Virus record (IMG/VR): IMGVR_UViG_3300003937_000144
Coordinates: 1-64,000 of that record
Direction: 5' to 3' (one strand)
DNA from: a virus
Length of the DNA: 64,000 bases
Positions 56,045 through 64,000 of this stretch are shown here, piece by piece; position 1 is the stretch's first letter; every line of letters begins with the position of its first letter. The translations under genes were made by a program, and so were the position numbers. The notes below the pieces were generated by a model. That model was not told the DNA's origin, made no database searches, and was given only the letters and a program-made list of their open reading frames with translations.

Positions 56045-57407
56045 AACAAAACTCATAAAATTTATAAAAGACAACAAACATAAATTTGTATTCTTTAATT
56101 ATAGAGGTGGAATGGGTGGTGAAACCATTTGTAATCATCTAACACTAACAAATGATTACTTCTATAATGAAACTTTTAAGCAAGATATCATAGATAATAA
56201 GTCACACATATTCAGTGCCGAGCTAGATGATGGAGGTTCTAAGCCTGTAACAGATGCTTATGATACCGCAAATAGATCTAGGTTTAGAGATTGGATGTTC
56301 GGAGATTGGTTTATGCTACATTCATTATACGATAATTATAATTCTAATAATAATAACCTATGGGATGGTGAAAATATATTTCCACAGTATGATGATGTAC
56401 ATGGTGATAATGAATTTTATGATAAACTATATGAGATATCAGATTCAATAGAACATAGAAATTCAAATCTAGGTGATATCAATTGTATTTTTGGTTGGGA
56501 CAATAGAATTAATGATGGTAAATGGGACCATGAATGGAAAGATGTAGATCATGAATGCGATGAGGTATTAGAAAGATTTGCTGCACAAGATAAACCTTAC
56601 TTGATTCGAACACATGGTATAACCCCTTTTATGAAATTTTTAGGTGGTGCAAAGTTTATTGATATTGTTTGTAATGAATGGGAAAGGTATTGTACAAGTT
56701 TATCCGAAGCAAAAGTATTTGTTAATCCTATTAAAGGCAAAGAAGAAATAGCCGCTATGGTTAAACAGGTAATACATTGTTGGTCAATTGGACTCGAAGC
56801 AATTGGTGTAGATAATAAGAATCAACCAGTGGGTGGAGTGTCACCTATTATAACACATAGCGAGATGGAAGCAGAACTTAAAGAAAAATTTGTTTTAGAT
56901 TATATAGGTGATGCGGAAGAGATATGTCTTAAGACAATAGGTGTTATAATAGATCCTGAAAAATATGAATTAAATTTAAATACTTTTAAAGATGCAACTG
57001 AATTAAATAAATTTGTTCATGCGTTACAAATGTTTAGATCATATCCAAAGATGCTACCTTTTTTTATGAGAGATGAACTTACAAAATGGGATATGGGTGG
57101 ACCATGGGGAACAAAGATTGAAGAGCCAAATCATAAAGGTGCATGGTGGCAAACAATATATAAGCATGAGCGATGGTGGTATGACATAATTAACCCACAA
57201 TTATATAATATGCAAGATATGTTTGATGGTGATTGGGTAGAAGAACAATTCGGAATGGATCCAAAACCTATAAGAGAAATGATGGCTAAATGGCATGAAG
57301 GCAATTGTAAGTTCTTAGACGATATGCATATTACTAATTATCTTCCTAAGGCACCTTCAAAAGAAGCACAAGATATATACCATACACATCGAATAACGCC
57401 GTCATGA
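56037..57407 (+). CDS. Hypothetical protein, degenerate P-loop sulfotransferase-like N-terminus
   Basis: FFNYRGGMGGETI and LIRTH motifs. Confidence 0.4.
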   Translation: MTKTKLIKFIKDNKHKFVFFNYRGGMGGETICNHLTLTNDYFYNETFKQDIIDNKSHIFSAELDDGGSKPVTDAYDTANRSRFRDWMFGDWFMLHSLYDNYNSNNNNLWDGENIFPQYDDVHGDNEFYDKLYEISDSIEHRNSNLGDINCIFGWDNRINDGKWDHEWKDVDHECDEVLERFAAQDKPYLIRTHGITPFMKFLGGAKFIDIVCNEWERYCTSLSEAKVFVNPIKGKEEIAAMVKQVIHCWSIGLEAIGVDNKNQPVGGVSPIITHSEMEAELKEKFVLDYIGDAEEICLKTIGVIIDPEKYELNLNTFKDATELNKFVHALQMFRSYPKMLPFFMRDELTKWDMGGPWGTKIEEPNHKGAWWQTIYKHERWWYDIINPQLYNMQDMFDGDWVEEQFGMDPKPIREMMAKWHEGNCKFLDDMHITNYLPKAPSKEAQDIYHTHRITPS

Positions 57408-58063
57408 ATATAGTAACAGTTAAATGGGGTGACAAATATTCTGTTGATGATGTCAATAAATTGTATTATAGTTGCGTAGCTACTACTCATGAGAATGATA
57501 TTCATTTTTATTGTTATACAGATGATTCTATTGGGTTAAATCCTCATATAAATTGGTTACCTCTTATTGATATGGATCTAGATGGGGTATGGAATAAGTT
57601 ATCATTGTTTAAGCCGGGTATGTTACCAGAAGGTAAGTGGTTATATTTAGACTTAGATGTAATTATACAAGGTAGATTAGATGAGATCTATATGCAAAAT
57701 CAGTTTACAATGGTTAAATGCTATTGGAAACCTATAGAAGTTCTTCGCCCTGATTGGGTATTTGAAGGCAGAACTATAAGAGATCATGATATAAACTCTT
57801 CTGTTATGTTGTTTCATAATGATGAGAACCATCATATATGGGAACACTTTTGGGAATCACCTGATGATTATATGATGGCTTATCCAGGAATAGATGGGTT
57901 TATATATTGTGAAGGCTTTGCCCCTAACAATTATTGGAAACAAGGTAGGATATATTCAAAGTACTATGGAATTAAAGAAGAGTCATGGTATAATCCACCT
58001 GATGAGCCTTATTATTTAGAAACAGCTGCAATCTGTTTACTTAACGGACCCCTTAAGATATAA
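57404..58063 (+). CDS. GT-A fold glycosyltransferase-like protein
   Basis: VKWGDKYS...VNKL, FYCYTDD, WNKLSLF, LYLDLDV, NSSVM. Confidence 0.8.
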   Translation: MNIVTVKWGDKYSVDDVNKLYYSCVATTHENDIHFYCYTDDSIGLNPHINWLPLIDMDLDGVWNKLSLFKPGMLPEGKWLYLDLDVIIQGRLDEIYMQNQFTMVKCYWKPIEVLRPDWVFEGRTIRDHDINSSVMLFHNDENHHIWEHFWESPDDYMMAYPGIDGFIYCEGFAPNNYWKQGRIYSKYYGIKEESWYNPPDEPYYLETAAICLLNGPLKI

Positions 58064-58102
58064 ATAAAGCTATAAGGATTGAATATTCAATTATTATAAA
58101 TA
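58059..58102 (+). promoter_or_regulatory. Two tandem late promoters TATAAATA
   Basis: 58059-58066 and 58095-58102. Confidence 0.7.
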
Positions 58103-58150
58103 AAGACAACGGTGGTTATATAATCATCACAATAAAATTAGAGCATAGAT

Positions 58151-58429
58151 ATGGCTGGTACTGTAGTAAAAATCAAGCAGTCCTCTGTTGCAGGTAAAGT
58201 ACCTTCAGCGAGTGACTTACAACAAGGCGAATTAGCACTTAACACGGCTGATGTCAAGCTATACTCAAAGAACGGATCAGGAGAAGTCATTACGTTAGCG
58301 GCGGGGGCTAGTACGTTTACTCAAACATTTGATATGGGTAACCATGCTGGAGATGTAATATTAGACGGCGGTGATTATAATGATTCAATTTATGTAACAC
58401 AGGGTTCATATGACGGCGGGGGAGCATAA
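58151..58429 (+). CDS. Small fibre connector protein
   Basis: KIKQS...P...LQQGELALN N-terminal domain; two C-terminal DGG motifs. Confidence 0.7.
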   Translation: MAGTVVKIKQSSVAGKVPSASDLQQGELALNTADVKLYSKNGSGEVITLAAGASTFTQTFDMGNHAGDVILDGGDYNDSIYVTQGSYDGGGA

Positions 58430-58432
58430 GAT

Positions 58433-60964
58433 ATGGCAACAATATTTAAGATAAGAAGAGATACGGCGGCCAATTGGGCGTCTGGCAATCCTACCCTAGC
58501 AGCGGGAGAAATGGGTCTTGACCAAACAAATAACTTCATCAAAATGGGTGATGGCTCAACTGCTTGGAATTCGTTAGCCCAATTCACACAAAACATTGAG
58601 AACGTAGAGGATTTAGTAGGTGCAATGGTCACCTCAAATACTGAAACATTTATTACAGTAACCTACGATGACTCAGATGGAACACTAGATTTCGTTGTTC
58701 CAGTATTAGATGAAGACAACTTATCAACAGATTCCGCAACACATTTAGCTACACAACAAAGTATTAAAGCATACGTGGATGGACAAACCCACTTAAGCTT
58801 ACTTGACGAAGACAATATGGCATCTAACAGTGCTACGCAAGCCGCTTCTCAACAATCAATCAAAGCTTATGTGGATGCACAAGTAGATACAGAAGATACC
58901 CTTGCTGAATTAGATGATGTTACTCTTACAACTCCAGCAGATGGTTCCCTATTACTTTATGATACTGGCAACTCAGTTTGGATTGACAATATCATGTCAG
59001 GTGATGCTACTCTATCAGACACTGGTGCTATAACACTTGCAACAGTTAATTCAAATACTGGTGCAATTGGTTCATCAACAGCTATTCCAATTATTACAAC
59101 TAACGCCAAGGGTTTAGTTACAGCAGTAAGCACGGCAAGTATTACAACATCATTAACGGTTGGAGCTGATTCAGGTTCTAATGATGCAGTAGCTCTAGCC
59201 ACTGATACATTAGATTTCTCAGGTGGTACAGGTATTGATACAACAGTTTCTGATAATGATATCTCAATTGCTATCGACGCTACTGTTGCTACATTAGCTG
59301 GTTCACAAACATTAACAAATAAAACATTAACTAGTCCAGTTCTAAATACGGGTGTTAGTGGTACTGCGGTTAAAGATGAAGATAATATGGCGAGTAATTC
59401 TGCCACTCATCTTGCTACTCAACAATCTATTAAAGCATATGTTGATAGCGTAGCGGATGCTCAAGATAATACAGATGAAATAACAGAAGGTTCAACTAAC
59501 TTATATTTCACTAACGCAAGAGCTAGAGCTGCGGTATCTGTTACAGATGCGGGTGGCGATGGTTCATTAGCATATAACTCTTCAACAGGTGTTATCACAT
59601 ATACAGGCCCAAGTGCTGCAGAAGCCAGAGCACATATTAGTGTTACTGATGCTGGTGGTGATGGTTCAGCTGCATACAATAGTTCAACTGGTGTTATAAC
59701 TTATACTGGTCCAAGTGCCGCAGAGGTTAGAGCTCATATAAGTGCTGGTACTGGCGTTGCAATTTCAAATGGTGCAATATCTATTGGACAAGCAGTAGCC
59801 ACAAGTTCTGATGTTCAATTTGCTGACCTAGTATTAAGTGGTGATTTAACTATTAATGGTACTACTACAACAGTTGCCTCAACTAACACTACACATACAG
59901 ATGCATTAATTGAATATGCTACTGGTACCACAGGTACACCGGCTAATGATGCTGGTATTGTTATTGAACGTGGTGATCAGAATAATGCATTCATCGGTTA
60001 TGATGAGAGTGCAGACGAATTTACTATGGGTACAGGTTCATTTACAGGTGCTTCAACCGGTAACTTAACAATTACAACTGGTACCCTTAATGTTGGTCAA
60101 GTAAAAGCCACATCGATGGCTTTGACAGGAGCTGTTACAACTAATTCCACATTTGATGGACGAGATGTAGCAACCGATGGTGCTAAGCTAGATAATATTG
60201 AAGCTTCAGCAACAGCTGACCAAACAGGTGCACAAATTAAAGTATTATATGAAGCAGAATCTTCAGCATTTACAGATGCACAATTTACTAAGCTAGCTAA
60301 TATTGAAACTGCAGCTGATGTAACCGATGCAACAAATGTTAATGCTGCTGGTGCTCTTATGTTATCAGATACTTCAACCTCTGGTTTGGGTATTGTTGTT
60401 GATGAAGATAACTTAGTATCAGATAGTGCTACTAAAGTACCTACTCAACAAAGTGTTAAAGCATATGTCGATGCTGGATTAGCAGCACAAAATCACCTAA
60501 ATGAAATGTTAGGTAATATGGATGACATAGATAATGGTACAACATTTGTTAAAACAGCAAACAACTTTACAGATGCTTTAAAGACTTCATTAGATACAAT
60601 GGAAGACAATGCAGATGTCACAGATGCTACTAATGTAGCGGCTGCTGGCGCTGTAATGGAATCAGGTGATACAGCTTCGGCTAAGATACCTGCTGGAACA
60701 ACGGCACAGAGAGACGGTTCACCGAGTGCAGGTTATTTCAGATGGAATACAACATCCGGTGGTGCTGAGATATTTGACGGCACTTCTTGGGGATTAGTAG
60801 GTGGTGGTAACACTACCGGAAAGGCGGTATGGGAACATAGTTATACAGTTGCAGAAGATTATGAAGTAACTTCTGGTAACAACGCATTAACAGCGGGACC
60901 AATTACCATTAATACTGGCTATTCAGTCACTGTTCCTTCGGGATCATCGTGGGTGATAGTTTAA
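58433..60964 (+). CDS. Long tail fibre protein with Mtd-N-like N-terminus
   Basis: IRRDTAANW...PTLAAGEMG...KMGDG..AW..L; DEDN..S.SAT...TQQS.KAYVD repeats; PAGTTAQR; AGPITI...SSWVIV end. Confidence 0.85.
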   Translation: MATIFKIRRDTAANWASGNPTLAAGEMGLDQTNNFIKMGDGSTAWNSLAQFTQNIENVEDLVGAMVTSNTETFITVTYDDSDGTLDFVVPVLDEDNLSTDSATHLATQQSIKAYVDGQTHLSLLDEDNMASNSATQAASQQSIKAYVDAQVDTEDTLAELDDVTLTTPADGSLLLYDTGNSVWIDNIMSGDATLSDTGAITLATVNSNTGAIGSSTAIPIITTNAKGLVTAVSTASITTSLTVGADSGSNDAVALATDTLDFSGGTGIDTTVSDNDISIAIDATVATLAGSQTLTNKTLTSPVLNTGVSGTAVKDEDNMASNSATHLATQQSIKAYVDSVADAQDNTDEITEGSTNLYFTNARARAAVSVTDAGGDGSLAYNSSTGVITYTGPSAAEARAHISVTDAGGDGSAAYNSSTGVITYTGPSAAEVRAHISAGTGVAISNGAISIGQAVATSSDVQFADLVLSGDLTINGTTTTVASTNTTHTDALIEYATGTTGTPANDAGIVIERGDQNNAFIGYDESADEFTMGTGSFTGASTGNLTITTGTLNVGQVKATSMALTGAVTTNSTFDGRDVATDGAKLDNIEASATADQTGAQIKVLYEAESSAFTDAQFTKLANIETAADVTDATNVNAAGALMLSDTSTSGLGIVVDEDNLVSDSATKVPTQQSVKAYVDAGLAAQNHLNEMLGNMDDIDNGTTFVKTANNFTDALKTSLDTMEDNADVTDATNVAAAGAVMESGDTASAKIPAGTTAQRDGSPSAGYFRWNTTSGGAEIFDGTSWGLVGGGNTTGKAVWEHSYTVAEDYEVTSGNNALTAGPITINTGYSVTVPSGSSWVIV

Positions 60965-60982
60965 TTTTTTAGGAGACGATAA

Positions 60983-63262
60983 ATGTCGAAATTAAAACTA
61001 AAGGGTGACTCAGGCGGAACTGGTGTATTTACATTAACTTCTCCTAACTCAAACACCGATAGAACAATTACTTTACCAGATGATACTGGTAATATTTTAA
61101 CTTCAGCACAAACTACGGTAGCTGCATCATCGTGGGTTATTGATGAAGATAACATGGCAAGTGATTTAGCAACAAAAGTACCTACACAGCAATCCGTCAA
61201 AGCTTATGTAGATGCTCAAATTAGCGCTGAAAACACACTAGCTGAAGACAACGATGTTAACCTTACCTCACCAGGTGATGGTGCATTATTAATATATGAT
61301 ACAGGTACATCAACATGGCGCGATGGTGCTATGTCTGGTGATGCAACGATTAGTGATACAGGTGCTTTAACAATTGCTAATGATGCTATCGATAGTCAAC
61401 ACTATGCTGCTGATTCAATCGATGCAGAACATTATGCTGCAGGTTCAGTTGATGGAACTGCTATAGCAAACGATGCTGTTGATAGTCAACATATAGCTGC
61501 GGATAGTATTGATGCAGAACATTATGCTGCTGGTTCAGTAGATGGCACAGCAATAGGTAATGACCAAGTTGATAGCCAACACTACGTAGCAGGTTCAATT
61601 GATAACGAACACTTAGCAGCGAACTCGGTTGATTCCGACAACTATGTTGATGCTTCAATTGATCTAGCCCATATGAGTGTAAACTCAATTGATTCAGATC
61701 AATATGTGGACGGTTCAATTGATACAATACATATTGCAGCAAGTAATATAACAAACGCTTTGATGGCAGATGATGCTATTGATTCAGCAGAGATTGCTGA
61801 TGGTGCGGTTGATCTAGTTCATATGAGTCCAAACTCAGTGGATAGTGACCAATACGTTGACGGATCTATTGATACAGTTCATATTGGAGCAGATCAAATC
61901 ACTGCAGCTTTGATTGCAGATGATGTAATTAATAGTGAGCACATTGTTGCAGACTCTATTGATGCGGAACATCTAGCACCAAACTCAGTTAACACTGATG
62001 CTATTATTGATGCTGCTGTAAGAACAGCTCATATACAAGCTGATAATATTACATCGGCACTTATTGCTGATGACCAAATTGATTCAGAACATATTGTAGA
62101 TGCTTCAGTCGATCTAGCCCATATGGCGGCTAACTCTGTAGATAGTGACCAATACGTTGATGGTTCAGTGGATAATGTTCACTTAGCTAACTCTGCTATT
62201 ACAGTTTCAGATGGTTCAAACACAACAGCTATATCACTCGGAGGCACTGCTACTTTCGCCGGTACGGCCAACGAGGTTACAGTTGCTGAAAGTTCAGGAA
62301 CGATCACTGTAGGTTTACCAGATAATGTAACAATTGCTGGTAACTTAACTGTATCAGGTACAAACACTTCAGTTAGTTCAACAACTATCGAAGTTGCTGA
62401 TCCATTACTACACTTAGCAACAACCAATAATGCTGCGGACGCAGTTGATATTGGTATGTATGGTTTGTATGATACATCAGGTTCATTAGACCTTTATGGT
62501 GGTATCTTTAGGGATGCTTCTGATTCAGGTAAGTGGAATATATTTAAAGACTTACAAGCTGCTCCAACTACAACGGTTAATAAATCGGGTACTGGATATG
62601 CAGTTGGTACATTAGTATCAAACCTTGAAGGTGATGTTACTGGTGATGTAACAGGTGACTTAACTGGTACAGCTTCATTAGCAACAAGCATTACGCTTAC
62701 AGCTAATGACTCAACTGATGAGACCGTTTATCCGGTATTTGTTGATGGTGCTACAGGTACACAGGGTCTTGAAACTGATACTGGATTATCATATAATCCT
62801 TCATCAGGTAACTTAGTTATCGGTGGTACGGTTGATGGTCGTGATCTACAAACTGATGGTACTAAATTAGATACTATTGAAACTAGTGCGACAGCAGACC
62901 AAACAAATGCAGAGATAAGAACAGCTGTTGAAGCTGCGTCTGATTCAAATGTGTTTACCGATGCTGACCATAGTAAACTGAATGCTATTGAAGCTTCAGC
63001 TACTGCGGACCAGTCAAATGCTGAGATTAGAGCGGCAGTAGAAGCGGCAAGTGATTCAAATGTATTCACAGATGCCGACCATACTAAATTAAATGCAATT
63101 GAAGCTTCTGCAACGGCTGATCAAACAGCTGCAGAGATTTTAACTGCTATTAAAACAGTTGATGGTGCAGGTTCTGGTTTAGATTCTGACTTGCTAGATG
63201 GTCAATCCGGTGCTCATTACCGTGTTGATATCTACAACGCAGCAGGTTCACTACTTAACTAA
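60983..63262 (+). CDS. Tail fibre protein with Asp/His decapeptide repeats
   Basis: DSIDAEHYAA-type repeats, IEASATADQ repeats, DG.GSGLD.DLLDG, C-terminal DIYNAAG.LLN. Confidence 0.85.
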   Translation: MSKLKLKGDSGGTGVFTLTSPNSNTDRTITLPDDTGNILTSAQTTVAASSWVIDEDNMASDLATKVPTQQSVKAYVDAQISAENTLAEDNDVNLTSPGDGALLIYDTGTSTWRDGAMSGDATISDTGALTIANDAIDSQHYAADSIDAEHYAAGSVDGTAIANDAVDSQHIAADSIDAEHYAAGSVDGTAIGNDQVDSQHYVAGSIDNEHLAANSVDSDNYVDASIDLAHMSVNSIDSDQYVDGSIDTIHIAASNITNALMADDAIDSAEIADGAVDLVHMSPNSVDSDQYVDGSIDTVHIGADQITAALIADDVINSEHIVADSIDAEHLAPNSVNTDAIIDAAVRTAHIQADNITSALIADDQIDSEHIVDASVDLAHMAANSVDSDQYVDGSVDNVHLANSAITVSDGSNTTAISLGGTATFAGTANEVTVAESSGTITVGLPDNVTIAGNLTVSGTNTSVSSTTIEVADPLLHLATTNNAADAVDIGMYGLYDTSGSLDLYGGIFRDASDSGKWNIFKDLQAAPTTTVNKSGTGYAVGTLVSNLEGDVTGDVTGDLTGTASLATSITLTANDSTDETVYPVFVDGATGTQGLETDTGLSYNPSSGNLVIGGTVDGRDLQTDGTKLDTIETSATADQTNAEIRTAVEAASDSNVFTDADHSKLNAIEASATADQSNAEIRAAVEAASDSNVFTDADHTKLNAIEASATADQTAAEILTAIKTVDGAGSGLDSDLLDGQSGAHYRVDIYNAAGSLLN
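61378..62190 (+). repeat. 30-bp-period coding repeat
   Basis: (D/G/N)-S/A-I/V-D-x-x-H/Y-x-x-x units over ~270 aa. Confidence 0.8.
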
Positions 63263-63275
63263 TAAGTAAAATTCT

Positions 63276-63299
63276 AAGGGCTCTTCGGAGCCCTTTTTT
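63276..63299 (+). terminator. Intrinsic terminator
   Basis: AAGGGCTC-TTCG-GAGCCCTT-TTTT (cUUCGg loop). Confidence 0.92.
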
Positions 63300-63316
63300 A
63301 TTATATAAATATTGTT

Positions 63317-64000
63317 ATGAAAACAAGTGATACTTTTTGTGCCCTTCCATGGGTACACCTCTCAACAAGACCGAATGGACATATGCGGGTATGTTGTACA
63401 GCAAATGCTTCCGGCGTTCAGAACCCAGACTCTCAAGATAAGATAGAATCAGACATTGGCATTTTAAAGAATGATGATGGTATGCCTTCTAATCTTGCCA
63501 ACACATCATTAGCTGATGCTTGGAATAATAACTATATGAGAGGAACACGTAAAGCAATGATGCGTGGTGAAAAGCCTGCAAGTTGTATTAAATGTTATAA
63601 AGAAGAAGATGCAGGACATAGATCCAAGAGGATGTGGGAGACCGATAAATGGATTAAGAAACTTGGTATAGAGTCAGTATTAGAAGGATATGATCCAGAG
63701 ACTGGTACAGTGCCACCACAAATCCGATACGTGGATCTTCGCCTTGGGTCTAAGTGTCAGTTAGCTTGTGTTATGTGTTCACCTAATGATTCATCGGGTT
63801 GGATAGTAGAACATAAAAAGATACATCCTAAATTAAAGAACGATAATCTAGAAAAAACAATGCGTTGGGAGAAGGAGACAGGTAAATTAGCCTTTGTAGG
63901 TGGTAGTTATGCGTGGCATAAAAAGAATCCAATGTTCTTTGATGAACTCTATGAACAGATACCTAAGCTAAAACAATTATATTGGGCAGGTGGTGAACCA
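63317..64000 (+). CDS. Radical SAM protein with N-terminal twitch/SPASM-like domain, 3'-truncated (not in ORF track)
   Basis: MKTSDTFCALPWVHL...RVCC...CIKC; DLRLGSKCQLACVMC (CxxxCxxC); YWAGGEP; late promoter 63304-63311. Confidence 0.88.
   Translation, partial: MKTSDTFCALPWVHLSTRPNGHMRVCCTANASGVQNPDSQDKIESDIGILKNDDGMPSNLANTSLADAWNNNYMRGTRKAMMRGEKPASCIKCYKEEDAGHRSKRMWETDKWIKKLGIESVLEGYDPETGTVPPQIRYVDLRLGSKCQLACVMCSPNDSSGWIVEHKKIHPKLKNDNLEKTMRWEKETGKLAFVGGSYAWHKKNPMFFDELYEQIPKLKQLYWAGGEP

Noticed and set aside
58433-60964. Diversity-generating retroelement target (Mtd-like N-terminus)
   Set aside because: No reverse transcriptase and no adenine-specific TR/VR repeat pair seen in the window; the Mtd-N-like domain is a generic fibre module
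39386-63069. Many 60-150 aa antisense ORFs in the track
   Set aside because: Shadow ORFs opposite Thr/Gly/Ala-rich structural genes, with no RBS or motif support
1-64000. Alternative genetic code / stop-codon reassignment
   Set aside because: Long genes are intact under the standard code and end in TAA, TAG or TGA; the breaks are frame changes, not in-frame stops

Overview
This is an AT-rich, gene-dense segment of a T4-like myovirus genome; gene content resembles marine T4-like phages of proteobacteria or cyanobacteria. In order it contains: a thymidine-hypermodification module (amino-acid:DNA transferase-like, PLP enzyme, GDS-motif protein); uvsX, gp41 and dCMP deaminase; and a late-promoter cluster of probable capsid-packaged proteins (P-loop kinase, nuclease-like protein, ligase-fold protein, HIGH-type nucleotidyltransferase) with T4 internal-protein-like leaders. 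Next, nrdA and nrdB are separated by an island (carbamoyltransferase, SGNH protein, membrane peptides, a circularly permuted two-piece tmRNA, IscA). These are followed by glutaredoxin, RNase H, a Cas4-like exonuclease, an early-gene region containing a Lys/Asn/Ala/Cys-free ORF, a porin-like gene, and gp33/gp59/gp32. A minus-strand tail/baseplate block carries a likely programmed -1 frameshift between gp26 and gp51 upstream of the tape-measure-like gene. The window ends with the baseplate operon and a long modular tail-fibre region interleaved with glycosyltransferase-, oxygenase- and sulfotransferase-like genes and a radical SAM gene. Several conserved genes (gp59, gp5, the GDS-motif gene) show frame breaks that look like short deletions, possibly assembly errors. 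All assignments come from motif recognition only; no database searches were run.
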